DNA from: an uncultured Hyphomonas sp.
GTDB lineage: Bacteria; Pseudomonadota; Alphaproteobacteria; Caulobacterales; Hyphomonadaceae
Length of the DNA stretch: 64,000 nucleotides
Direction: 5' to 3'
NCBI GenBank assembly: GCA_964644755.1
Contig: CAZXXY010000001.1
Span: 3,484-67,483 of the forward strand
Shown here: piece by piece, positions 16,931-28,445 of the stretch
How the letters are laid out: each line of letters opens with the position of its first letter
Position numbering within the stretch: the stretch's first letter is position 1
Made by a program: the position numbers and the translations under genes
Notes under the pieces: generated by a model
What the model saw: only the letters and a program-made list of their open reading frames with translations
What the model was told of the DNA's origin: nothing
The model's database searches: none

Positions 16931-18126
16931 AGCAGGCCAACAATCGAAATGGCGCTGACATTCTGATACGGCATGCCGCCAAGATTGTGCGTCAGGCAGA
17001 GGGATGGCGCTGTCTCGCGCTGGCGATCTCCTGCCCGTCCCAAAAGCTGCAAATAGTTTTCATAGACCATGCGCAACCCTGAAGCCCCTATCGGGTGGCC
17101 GAAGCATTTCAAGCCGCCATCGATCTGGCAGGGCAATTTACCGTCAGCATCAAACATGCCGTCGAGCACATCTTTCCAGCCTTGACCTTCTTCTGAAATG
17201 AACAAGTCTTCCATCGTCACCAGTTCCGTGATCGAGAAGCAGTCATGCACTTCGGTGAGCGAAAGCTGCTCACGCGGCTTGGTCACACCCGCTTCGCTGT
17301 AAGCACGCTGGGCGGCAATGCGGGTGGTGTGGAAATAACTGCCGTCCCAGCCCGTGCCCTGCATTTCCCAACCATTGGATGTAGAAAGTTGCAAGGCTTT
17401 GACCGTGACCAGATCTGTCTTACCCAGCGCTTTGGCGATGTCAGGACGGGTCACGATCGCACAGGCTGCACCATCTGACACGCCGCAGCAATCGAACAAA
17501 CCGAGCGGCTCTGCGATCATTGGCGCGTTGATTACTTTCTCAATATCGATTGGCTTTCTGAGGTGCGCCTTCGGATTCTTCGCGCCATTGTCATGACTCT
17601 TGACCGAGACATGCGCCATGGCCCGTTTGAGGTCGTCAGCTTCGATGCCGTGTTTGGCGCGATATGCACTTGCCAATTGAGCAAAATTTCCGGGCGCCGA
17701 TCCTGTCGCGCCCATCATGTCCCAGCTCGTGCCGCGGCTGCGTGCCGGCAGCCCGCCATAGCCGGTGTCTTTCAGTTTCTCGACGCCCATCGCAAGGGCA
17801 ATATCAGCGGCCCCCGACGCGACCGCATAAACGGCCCCGCGTAGCGACTCGGTGCCACTCGCGCAGTAATTTTCGACTTTGGTGACGCCAATGTTCGGCA
17901 AGCGCAACGCAATCCCCGCCGGAATGCCCGATGGCCCGATATTCTGCGCGTCAAACCCCACGCCCAACCAGGCCGCATCGATTTCGGATACATCGATCGC
18001 GGCATCCGTCAGCGCTTCATCAAAGGCTTCAACCATCAACTGATCTGCGTCAGCATCCCATCGTTCACCGAAACGGGCACACCCCATGCCGAGAATGGCG
18101 ACTTTGTCTTTAATTCCCTGTGGCAT
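16927..18126 (-). CDS. SCP2-type thiolase (all catalytic motifs intact)
   Basis: ENYCASGTE nucleophile loop, EVHDCFS motif and GHPIGASGLRM. The ATG at 18126 overlaps the upstream stop (TGATG). Confidence 0.85.
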   Translation of the reverse strand: MPQGIKDKVAILGMGCARFGERWDADADQLMVEAFDEALTDAAIDVSEIDAAWLGVGFDAQNIGPSGIPAGIALRLPNIGVTKVENYCASGTESLRGAVYAVASGAADIALAMGVEKLKDTGYGGLPARSRGTSWDMMGATGSAPGNFAQLASAYRAKHGIEADDLKRAMAHVSVKSHDNGAKNPKAHLRKPIDIEKVINAPMIAEPLGLFDCCGVSDGAACAIVTRPDIAKALGKTDLVTVKALQLSTSNGWEMQGTGWDGSYFHTTRIAAQRAYSEAGVTKPREQLSLTEVHDCFSITELVTMEDLFISEEGQGWKDVLDGMFDADGKLPCQIDGGLKCFGHPIGASGLRMVYENYLQLLGRAGDRQRETAPSLCLTHNLGGMPYQNVSAISIVGLL

Positions 18127-19583
18127 CAATTCTCTCCATTTCCATTATGACCGCGCACTGGTGTGGCCTTCCAAAAATACTTGATAAAGTCACGCCGTTC
18201 ATCGACCGCTTTGATCCTGAAAACCATCCGCATATCACCGCCGACAAAGACATCGTCGGCAGCCGCGTCGGCAAATTCGGCAACCATGCGGCCGCCGCCC
18301 TCAAAATCAATCATACCATAATATCCCGGCGGGTCAGGACTGTAGGTCAGACTATCAGCCGTATAGCTCACTACTTTTGCCGCGCGTTCGGCAAGGGGAT
18401 AGTCTTCTTGCGTGTGGCTCTCGCGACTATTCGGGTTGACCGATATATCAGTCTTGGGAAATTGCACCGTACCCGTCTTGGAGCAGCGCCCGCCAATCAG
18501 ACCCAGAACAGCTTTCCGGCTGCGCGCGAGCGTTGTTCCGGGTTGTTTTTCATCCATCTCCGCGCGCATGCCTTTTTCAATATCAAGCAAGCCGCGATGA
18601 AATAGATAGCGCATATAGTTGTCATCTTCGACCCCGCCAGCGATCTCGGCTGTCACCGAGCTAGAGGCTTGATGTTTCAAGATCGCCTCAGTCGCTTCGA
18701 ACACCAAAACGTCTGCGCCTTGTCCGAAACCAGCGACGAGAATTTTCTCGCCGGGTTTCGCCGTTTCCAGAATGTTGGCAAGCAACATGATCGGGTAAGA
18801 CGCGCCGGTATCTCCGACATTTGCCGACAAATCATCGCAAACATTGTCTGGATCAATGCCCGCCGCTTTTGCCAGTGCTTGTGGTATCCTGTTGACTGGC
18901 ACACCAATCGCAGCGTGGGCAATATCACTTCCTTTGAGCTTTAACGCCGCCAAGGCGTCGATGAGCGCCACACCGAGAATTTTCTGATACCCCTCATCGC
19001 GCGCAAACCGGCTTTCCCATGCATAATCGAAATCGACACCGCTGGCGCGATACTGATCAACAAAATCAATCGTGACAGAGCGCCCGCCAATATAATTTGC
19101 AATCGTGTCGCCCTCGCCAATCAGGACCGCAGCCGCGCCATCTCCATAGCTCATCTCGGCGGGAGACGCCGGTTTCGCTTTGCGATTATCAGAGGCAATG
19201 CAGAGCTGGGTTTTTGTCCCGCCAAGCGCATTGATCAATCCTGACGTTGCAGCGCGGCGACTGCCCGTCGTGTCTGCGGCGCCGGTGGCATCAGCCAGGT
19301 TCAGCGCTTCTTTCACGATGCCCGCATTCGAGCGATCTGCAAAAGGCAGCGTGGTGGACGCCAAGGCAACGCTCTCGATGCCCTCCCTGTCCAAGGTTGC
19401 GAGACAATTACGCGCCGCCTCGACGGCCATTGTGATCGCATCCTCGTCCCAATTGGCGACCGCTTTCTGGCCTTTGGCTGCACGCTTCAAACCAGGCGCA
19501 AACCAGCTATTGGCTGCAAATATTGCGGAGCGCTGAAGCCGCCGCCGCGGCACATAGATCCCCGCGCTAAGAATTCCAACCAT
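18126..19583 (-). CDS. HMG-CoA-synthase-like domain fused to a C-terminal DUF35 OB-fold domain
   Basis: 485 aa. The N-terminal part (VGILSAGIYVPRRRL, WDEDAITMAVEAARN) parallels HMGCS/KAS III-fold enzymes. The C-terminal ~115 aa (GGRCSKTGTVQFP...YGMIDFEGGGRM) is DUF35-like. Confidence 0.7.
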   Translation of the reverse strand: MVGILSAGIYVPRRRLQRSAIFAANSWFAPGLKRAAKGQKAVANWDEDAITMAVEAARNCLATLDREGIESVALASTTLPFADRSNAGIVKEALNLADATGAADTTGSRRAATSGLINALGGTKTQLCIASDNRKAKPASPAEMSYGDGAAAVLIGEGDTIANYIGGRSVTIDFVDQYRASGVDFDYAWESRFARDEGYQKILGVALIDALAALKLKGSDIAHAAIGVPVNRIPQALAKAAGIDPDNVCDDLSANVGDTGASYPIMLLANILETAKPGEKILVAGFGQGADVLVFEATEAILKHQASSSVTAEIAGGVEDDNYMRYLFHRGLLDIEKGMRAEMDEKQPGTTLARSRKAVLGLIGGRCSKTGTVQFPKTDISVNPNSRESHTQEDYPLAERAAKVVSYTADSLTYSPDPPGYYGMIDFEGGGRMVAEFADAAADDVFVGGDMRMVFRIKAVDERRDFIKYFWKATPVRGHNGNGEN

Positions 19584-19680
19584 CTGCTATTTCCCAAACT
19601 GCCTGATTACAAAAGAGCCTATCACTATCGCAAAGACAGGCCGCACTAGCAAAACTGCTCATGCTCGGCTGACCTCGTGC

Positions 19681-20217
19681 CTATGAGCGCAGCGCCGCGA
19701 AGGCCGCATAAGACGGATCAGCTTCCCCCCGCGCGCCCTGTGTAAGCAATGCCGCCGTCTCCGGAGACCGAGGCACAGCGGCATCTGGTACAAGCCTGCT
19801 CCAATCGAACACGGCTTGACGATGTTTGATCTTCCAGACCCCGTCACGCTTCTCTATTTCATCGATATAACGGCCAGCAGAGATCAGCTCCATCGGACCG
19901 GTATCAGCCGGCAATGCATGGCGGGAGTAGAAATAGCTTTCACAAACGGCCTTATCGCCAACAATTTCCGCATTCTGGGTGCTAATGATGTGTTGTGTGG
20001 AGGTGTAGTTTTCCAGTTGCGGCATCACCCAATCGCAAAACTCTGCCGCCGTTCCCTTGAACATGCCATGGTCATCAGTTCCATCTTCGTGAAAACACGA
20101 CTCGATAATCGCCCGATCAGCGCGGTCCAGCCCACGGGCAAAACGGTGCGCAAGGTTTTTGACGTCTTGCTCATCGGCAATTTTGGTAACAGATTGTACG
20201 ATTTCAGCCTCTGTCAT
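19681..20217 (-). CDS. SnoaL_4-like / NTF2-fold protein
   Basis: About 178 aa, with DVKNLAHRFARGLDRAD...CFHEDG...YTSTQHIISTQN. ATG at 20217 follows GGGAGA. Confidence 0.65.
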   Translation of the reverse strand: MTEAEIVQSVTKIADEQDVKNLAHRFARGLDRADRAIIESCFHEDGTDDHGMFKGTAAEFCDWVMPQLENYTSTQHIISTQNAEIVGDKAVCESYFYSRHALPADTGPMELISAGRYIDEIEKRDGVWKIKHRQAVFDWSRLVPDAAVPRSPETAALLTQGARGEADPSYAAFAALRS

Positions 20218-20385
20218 CACTTTCTCCCTGTTTTGAAGAACTTAGCCTGCACAAACCTTAGCGAACCCTGCCAAAAATGCTAAATGACCAGATGTCGAAA
20301 ATAGTCCAGCGTTAGGGGCCATTGTGTTAACCGGATTCCGCTGTCAGGCACGGAACGAAGCAGTTGAAAGGTCTTATTTGTTCAC

Positions 20386-21720
20386 ATGGGGAAAACTCAA
20401 CTGAATATCGGTCTGATGGACTTGGAAAAGAAGCCCGAACCGAAGATTGGCGATACACCGCTGACAGGGAACCGCTACACGTCCAAAGAATTCATGGACA
20501 AGGAGTGGGAGAGTATCTGGACGAAGACATGGCTCGTTGCCGGTCTCTCTTCGCAAATCCCCAACACCGGAGATAGGATCACCTGTGAAATTGGCCGTGA
20601 GTCCATTCTGTGCACACGGGACAAGGACGGAAAAGCCCGCGCCTTCTACAATGTCTGCCAACACCGGGGGAACATCCTCGTCCATGAAGAAGAAGGCAGC
20701 GGCAAGCATCTCGTCTGCAACTATCATGGTTGGCGATTTACTCCGGAAGGCGACTTGGCTGTCGTTCCATGCCCCGAGGATTTCCCGCAAGGCAATCCAT
20801 GCGGAAAAGTGCGCCTCGTTGAAATCCGCTGCGAAGAGTGGGCCGGTTTTGTCTGGTATTCCATGAATGACGATGTGGCCCCGCTTGATGAGTTCCTGGG
20901 ACCGGTTAAGTCGCAGATTGAAACCTACCGAATGGAAGAAATGAAGCGCACAAAATGGGTTACCATTGACGGCGATTTCAATTGGAAAGTCGTGCAGGAT
21001 AATTTCTCCGAGTCCTACCATTTGCCATTTGTGCATCCGCAAGGCCGTTACTTCATGGAGCAGAACTACAGTTACTGCCAGTTCGACCTCTATGAAGAAG
21101 GCCATACAAGAATGATTATGCCCGGGGCACGGCCAACCATGTCCCTTCGCGGAGAGTTCGACAAAACCGTGGACCTGATGGTGGACGACCTGAAATTTTG
21201 GGGGTTGGAGCCTGATGATTTCCGCGATGATCCCCACTCAATGCGGGAGGCCATACAAAAGGTGAAACGGGAAAAAGGCGCCGAAAAAGGGTTTGATTTT
21301 TCTCGCTATCAAGATGCCCAGCTGACCGATCATTTTCACTATACGGTCTTCCCGAACCTCTCTTTCAGCCTGAAACCTGACGGGTGCATCTTCTTGTTCG
21401 CAACACCGCATCCAACCGATCCGGAGCGGTGCATATTCGATATGTGGTATTTCACCTGGTACCCGGAAGGTGTGGACGAATACCATTCTCACTCGATCCA
21501 GCAGGTGCAGTCACCAGATTATGTCGCCAAACATGAAGTCGGCGTTTTTGGAGAAGTATCTGCCGGACTGGCGATTGATCAGGATATCAGTATCTGGAAT
21601 TCCCAACAGCGAGGGCTGCGGTCGCGCGGCTACACGCAAGACTATATGCCAGATCAGGAAAGACGGGTGCGCTTTTTCCACGAGAACATAGACCGTTACA
21701 TCAAGAAAGCGGGTTTCTAA
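20386..21720 (+). CDS. Rieske [2Fe-2S] oxygenase alpha subunit
   Basis: 444 aa. Rieske motif CQHRGNILV...CNYHGWRF. Iron motif DNFSESYHLPFVH. Confidence 0.85.
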   Translation: MGKTQLNIGLMDLEKKPEPKIGDTPLTGNRYTSKEFMDKEWESIWTKTWLVAGLSSQIPNTGDRITCEIGRESILCTRDKDGKARAFYNVCQHRGNILVHEEEGSGKHLVCNYHGWRFTPEGDLAVVPCPEDFPQGNPCGKVRLVEIRCEEWAGFVWYSMNDDVAPLDEFLGPVKSQIETYRMEEMKRTKWVTIDGDFNWKVVQDNFSESYHLPFVHPQGRYFMEQNYSYCQFDLYEEGHTRMIMPGARPTMSLRGEFDKTVDLMVDDLKFWGLEPDDFRDDPHSMREAIQKVKREKGAEKGFDFSRYQDAQLTDHFHYTVFPNLSFSLKPDGCIFLFATPHPTDPERCIFDMWYFTWYPEGVDEYHSHSIQQVQSPDYVAKHEVGVFGEVSAGLAIDQDISIWNSQQRGLRSRGYTQDYMPDQERRVRFFHENIDRYIKKAGF

Positions 21721-21756
21721 TCCATCTGTCCCGATAGAGCTCCGGAAAAGAAAACC

Positions 21757-22215
21757 ATGTTATTGAACCCCGATTGCATAGGACAGCGCTCCGAACCGCG
21801 CAGCATTGTCATCGAGGCAGGGCAGCTGAAACTTTTTGCCAAGGCCATTGGTGAGACGAACCCGATCTATTTTGACGAGGCCGCCGCCAAAGCTGCCGGG
21901 CACAAAAATATTCTGGTGCCGCCAACTTTCGGCTCGTGTCTCAAATTTCTTGCACCAGCGCAAAGCCCTTCCGCAGACGAGCTTGGGCTGGATTACAAGG
22001 CCCTGCTCCATGCCGAAGAGACCATCGAATATCACGCCCCGCTCTATGTCGGCGATCGGGTGACGCTCGTGACCGAAGTGGACAGCATATATACCAAGAA
22101 GGACGGGGCGTTGGAGTTTCTGGTTCGCACCACACATATCACCGATGAGGCAGGCAATTTACTGCAAAGCGTTACCAATACGGTGGTTATGAAGAACGCA
22201 GGCGCGGCGGCATGA
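21757..22215 (+). CDS. MaoC-like hydratase, N-terminal-type hot-dog subunit
   Basis: 152 aa, with FAKAIGETNPIYFDEAAAKAAGHKNILVPPTF. ATGA overlap with the next gene. Confidence 0.75.
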   Translation: MLLNPDCIGQRSEPRSIVIEAGQLKLFAKAIGETNPIYFDEAAAKAAGHKNILVPPTFGSCLKFLAPAQSPSADELGLDYKALLHAEETIEYHAPLYVGDRVTLVTEVDSIYTKKDGALEFLVRTTHITDEAGNLLQSVTNTVVMKNAGAAA

Positions 22216-22634
22216 CTGTGGACATGAAGCAGCTTGCCGTCGGTGATACCTTACCAGCTATAGAGTTCGGCCCGATTTCAAGACACACCCTCGCCCTCTA
22301 TTGCGGCGGTTCTGGTGACCACAACCCCATCCACGTCGACAGCGATTTCGCTAAAGCTTCAGGCTATGAGGACGTTTTTGCTCACGGCATGCTTTCAATG
22401 GCGATACTCGGACGCTTACTGACGAACTGGACAGAGCAGGACACTATCCGCTCACTCAGCGTCCGGTTTACCGCCATCACAAAAATCCACGCGACGGTTA
22501 CCGGCTCCGCCACTGTCCGCGAGAGAACAAGAGAGGGCGACGAAGAATTCTTGGTGCTCGATCTGGCAACCCACACGCAAGACAATCAACAAACCATGAG
22601 AGGTACGGCCACGATTGCCGTGCCCACAGTTTAA
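22212..22634 (+). CDS. MaoC-family (R)-specific enoyl-CoA hydratase subunit
   Basis: 140 aa, with GGSGDHNPIHVDSDFAKASGYEDVFAHGML. Confidence 0.8.
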   Translation: MTVDMKQLAVGDTLPAIEFGPISRHTLALYCGGSGDHNPIHVDSDFAKASGYEDVFAHGMLSMAILGRLLTNWTEQDTIRSLSVRFTAITKIHATVTGSATVRERTREGDEEFLVLDLATHTQDNQQTMRGTATIAVPTV

Positions 22635-22652
22635 ACAAAGAGAGATTTAGCT

Positions 22653-23477
22653 ATGTCGACACTGGCAGGAAAAACCGCAATTGTATCTGGCTCTGGTCGG
22701 GGTATTGGCCGCGCCATCGCCTTAAAGCTCGCTTCAGAAGGCGCTGCTGTCGTCGTCAACGATATTGACAATTCACCGGCGATGGAAGTCGTCGAGGAGA
22801 TCAAGCGGATGGGCGGTCAAGCCAGCGCCGTTGTCGGTGACGTCACGACGCCGGACTTTGGAGATCGCTTCGTCGCAAAAGCCCTTGATGATTTCGGCGG
22901 GCTCGACATCATCGTCAACAATGCGGGCTATACGTGGGACAATGTCATCCAGCGCATGTCAGACGAGCAATTCCAAGCCATGCTGGATGTCCACACGGTT
23001 GCACCCTTCCGCATTCTGCGCGCCGCATCCGAATACTTCCGCCCACAAGCCAAAAAGGAAGCGGCCGAGGGCAAGGAAATCCTCCGTAAAGTGGTGAACA
23101 TCTCATCAATCAGCGGCACACGCGGCAATCCCGGACAAATCAATTATGCGGCTGCCAAAAAGGCTTTGATCGGGATGACAGAGACGCTCGCTAAAGAATG
23201 GGGGCGCTATAAGATCAATGTGAACTGCGTGGCCTATGGCATGATCGCCACCCGTCTGACCCAGGAAGTCACAGGCGAGAAGCCTGATGTTCTGGTCGGA
23301 AACAGGTCTGTCAAAGTCGGTATTCCGACTGCAACGCGCGAGGCCGCCAAAGCGATCATTCCCCTGGGGCGCCCGGGCACTGTGGAGGAGGCTGCCGGAG
23401 CAGTGTATCTTTTCTGTATTCCAGAAAGCGACTACATTAGCGGCCAGACGGTCGTCTGTGGTGGTGGCCGGGAATAA
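22653..23477 (+). CDS. SDR family oxidoreductase (FabG-like, long form)
   Basis: GKTAIVSGSGRGIGRAIA and YAAAK. Confidence 0.8.
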   Translation: MSTLAGKTAIVSGSGRGIGRAIALKLASEGAAVVVNDIDNSPAMEVVEEIKRMGGQASAVVGDVTTPDFGDRFVAKALDDFGGLDIIVNNAGYTWDNVIQRMSDEQFQAMLDVHTVAPFRILRAASEYFRPQAKKEAAEGKEILRKVVNISSISGTRGNPGQINYAAAKKALIGMTETLAKEWGRYKINVNCVAYGMIATRLTQEVTGEKPDVLVGNRSVKVGIPTATREAAKAIIPLGRPGTVEEAAGAVYLFCIPESDYISGQTVVCGGGRE

Positions 23478-25532
<2,055 letters not shown>

Positions 25533-25558
25533 GTGACATCAGCGCCCAAGCGGCGGAA

Positions 25559-26749
25559 CTAGGTATCCGCAGTGCCGCGGGTGATTGACTGGCCAAGTCC
25601 CAATTCTTCCAGCACGCTTTCGGTATCTTCACCAATATGCCGCGCAGGTTCAATTGTCTGCTCAGGCACACCCGGGAACCGGACAGGTGGCTGCATTTCC
25701 CAATAGCCGCCTTCGGTTGGGTGCTCGCGGAGCTGGAAAAAATTGGTCGCGGCCAAATGCGGATCATCTCTCAGATCAGCCATTGTGTTGACGGGCGCTG
25801 CGGGCAAGTCCGCTGCTTTGAAGGCTTTGAGCCAGTAGGCCGTATCCTGTTTGGCCAGATGCACATTTATTCGCTCAGCCATATAGGGGTAATTGTAGAA
25901 ACGGGCCTTCCTGTCATTCAGGCGCTCGTCTTTAAGCTCGGCCTCTGCGTTCATCGTGGCAAAGACTTTAACCCACCCTTTGTCCGAATACGGATTGATG
26001 GCGATCCATCCATCCTTGGTCTTGAACGGCTTACGCGCAGGATCAAGCTGGTTTTTGAGACCGTGGGCACCTGTTGGCGGGTCGAAGGTGGCTTCGTTAA
26101 AGTGATCTTCGAGCAGAAAATGGGTGGTGCATTCCAGCATCGGAACGTCAACTTTGACCGCCTCGCCCACCCGATCCCGGCGGATGATCGCCGCCAGCGT
26201 CGCATAGGCAGCATGCAGTCCTGAAACCTTGTCGGCAATCGTCATGGGAATGAAACGCGGTTGCTCGTCTTCGAGTACAATTGGAGAGAGGCTGGCAATA
26301 CCAGAAAGTCCCTGGATTAGATCATCATAGGCAGGGTTCCCCGCATAAGGCCCCTCTGCGCCAAACCCCATGCAATGAACATAGACAATGTCCGGCTTGA
26401 TGGCTTTGACCTCCTCGAATGTCAGCCCCAACCGTTCAATCGCTTCTTGGCGGATATTATGGATGAATATATCACTCTGTTCGATCAGCCGTTTCGTTGC
26501 TTCTTTTCCTTGATCCGATTTCATATCCCAGACAACAGATCGCTTGCCGCGATTGACCGTCATATGGCTAGGGCCCATGCCACGCGTGTTTGCCGGTTTG
26601 CCCGCATAGCGGAAAATGTCACCGGATTTGGGCTCTATTTTGACGACATCCGCCCCCATGTCCGCAAATGTCTGTGTGCAATAGGGACCGAAAAGAACCG
26701 AGGTTAAGTCTGCGACTTTCAGTCCTGATAGAAGCGTTGAACCAGGCAT
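25559..26749 (-). CDS. family III CoA-transferase (CaiB/BaiF; a racemase-type function is not excluded)
   Basis: 396 aa with N-terminal LSGLKVADLTSVLFGPYCTQTFADMGADVVKIEP. Confidence 0.8.
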   Translation of the reverse strand: MPGSTLLSGLKVADLTSVLFGPYCTQTFADMGADVVKIEPKSGDIFRYAGKPANTRGMGPSHMTVNRGKRSVVWDMKSDQGKEATKRLIEQSDIFIHNIRQEAIERLGLTFEEVKAIKPDIVYVHCMGFGAEGPYAGNPAYDDLIQGLSGIASLSPIVLEDEQPRFIPMTIADKVSGLHAAYATLAAIIRRDRVGEAVKVDVPMLECTTHFLLEDHFNEATFDPPTGAHGLKNQLDPARKPFKTKDGWIAINPYSDKGWVKVFATMNAEAELKDERLNDRKARFYNYPYMAERINVHLAKQDTAYWLKAFKAADLPAAPVNTMADLRDDPHLAATNFFQLREHPTEGGYWEMQPPVRFPGVPEQTIEPARHIGEDTESVLEELGLGQSITRGTADT

Positions 26750-26870
26750 ATGTTTTCTTTCTCAAATCGGTTTTGAGGGCCAAATCAGTTCACCAGCCAA
26801 TCTGGTCCACGACCATCCTGTTTTTTGATAGGCGCATAGATTAATCAGGCCCTCTATTTAATAGTAGAAC

Positions 26871-26888
26871 TCGGATAATGGTATCCGA
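26871..26888. repeat. inverted repeat TCGGATA-N4-TATCCGA (candidate operator)
   Basis: Read directly, 16 nt upstream of the ligase ATG (26904), in the divergent intergenic region. Confidence 0.4.
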
Positions 26889-26903
26889 CAAGGTGAGACC
26901 CTC

Positions 26904-28445
26904 ATGTATCCACGAGAATACTCAGTCACCACGCCAGATAAGCCAGCCATTATTATGGCGCGCTCAGGCGAGCAAATCACCTATGCCGAGCTCGAAGCCA
27001 AAGCCAATCAGGCAGCCCACCTGTTTCGAGAAAGCGGCCTAAAACCCGGTGATCGTGTGGCTTTCATTCTGGAAAACAGGCTGGAAATCTTCCCCTTTGT
27101 CTGGGGCGCTCAGCGGGCGGGCCTGCTTTATGTCGCCGTCTCTTCCCATCTGAAACCAGATGAAATCCAGTACATTATCGAAGATAGCGGCGCCAAAATC
27201 GTGCTGACATCTGACTATATGGACGAAGCGGTTCAAGAGAGCCTGTTACGCGCCTCCCATGCGCCAGAGTGTTACAAACTCGATACGCCACGTGCCGGGT
27301 TCAAAATGTGGCCCGAAGCCCTTGCCGGCCATCCAACTGCCCCGATCGAGGCTGAGGGGCTTGGCGCAGATATGCTCTACTCATCAGGCACAACAGGCCG
27401 CCCGAAAGGCGTTGTGCCAAGCATCGATCATACACTGCCAGCCGATACGCCCTCCAAGCGCGTGACACTGTTTTCCAGACTGTTCTCATTTGATGAAACC
27501 GTTGTGTATCTCTGCCCCGCGCCGCTCTACCACGCTGCGCCCTTGCGCTGGACCCTGCTCATCCATCAAGTCGGCGGCACGGCGGTCGTGATGGAAAAGT
27601 TCGATGCAGCTGAGGCGTTAAACCTCATCGATATGCATGCGGTGACACACGCCCTCTTCGTTCCGATCCATTTCGTCCGCATGTTGAAACTGGATGACAA
27701 TATCCGGACAGGATTTGACCTTTCCAGCCTGAGTGTCGCCGTGCATGCCGGTGCCCCATGCGCGCCTGACACCAAGCGCGCCATCATGGATTGGTGGGGG
27801 CCAATCGTTTACGAATATTATGCAGGCTCTGAGGGCAATGGCTTTGTCGCCTCAAGGCCGGAAGATTGGCTCGAACGCCCGGGCACCGTTGGCTTGCCTG
27901 TTATTGGCACACCCCACATTTGCGACGATGCTGGCGAACCTCTTCCGATTGGCGAAGAAGGTATGGTCTTTTTTGAAGGCGGCGCCCAGTTCAAATACAA
28001 TAATGATCCGGAGAAGACCGCAAAGGCCTATAACCGGCATGGCTGGTCCACACTCGGTGATGTCGGGCGGCTTGATACGGACGGGTATCTCTATCTAACT
28101 GGTCGCAAGAACTTCACCATCATCTCGGGCGGGGTCAACATCTATCCGCAAGAGATTGAAAACCGCATCATCAGCCATCCGGCCGTTCGCGATGTGGCGG
28201 TCATCGGCATTCCCGATCCCGAATATGGCCAGCGCGTTCTCGCGGTTATCGAACCCGCCGACATCCAAGCGGCAGATGCATCCCTCGCTCAATCCATCCA
28301 AGCGCATTGCCGCGAAACCTTGTCCGGGGTTAAAACTCCGCGGCAGGTCGATTTCGTCGAAACCCTCCCGCGCACAGAAACCGGAAAGGTTCGCAAACAG
28401 GCTTTGATCGACCTGTATGAAACCGGCCCGGCACAAGCTGATTAG
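26904..28445 (+). CDS. acyl-CoA synthetase (ANL family)
   Basis: 513 aa with YSSGTTGRPKG, GDVGRLDTDGYLYLTGRK and TGKVRKQAL. Paralogue of 62013..63560. Confidence 0.85.
   Translation: MYPREYSVTTPDKPAIIMARSGEQITYAELEAKANQAAHLFRESGLKPGDRVAFILENRLEIFPFVWGAQRAGLLYVAVSSHLKPDEIQYIIEDSGAKIVLTSDYMDEAVQESLLRASHAPECYKLDTPRAGFKMWPEALAGHPTAPIEAEGLGADMLYSSGTTGRPKGVVPSIDHTLPADTPSKRVTLFSRLFSFDETVVYLCPAPLYHAAPLRWTLLIHQVGGTAVVMEKFDAAEALNLIDMHAVTHALFVPIHFVRMLKLDDNIRTGFDLSSLSVAVHAGAPCAPDTKRAIMDWWGPIVYEYYAGSEGNGFVASRPEDWLERPGTVGLPVIGTPHICDDAGEPLPIGEEGMVFFEGGAQFKYNNDPEKTAKAYNRHGWSTLGDVGRLDTDGYLYLTGRKNFTIISGGVNIYPQEIENRIISHPAVRDVAVIGIPDPEYGQRVLAVIEPADIQAADASLAQSIQAHCRETLSGVKTPRQVDFVETLPRTETGKVRKQALIDLYETGPAQAD

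Noticed and set aside
20374-21237. 287-aa ORF antisense to the Rieske oxygenase gene
   Set aside because: It lies entirely inside a gene with unambiguous Rieske and iron motifs on the other strand and has no recognisable motifs of its own. Long antisense frames are expected at this GC content. The same reasoning applies to 14417..15349(+), 29860..30549(+), 31706..32446(+), 10544..11149(+), 62829..63416(-) and similar shadow ORFs.
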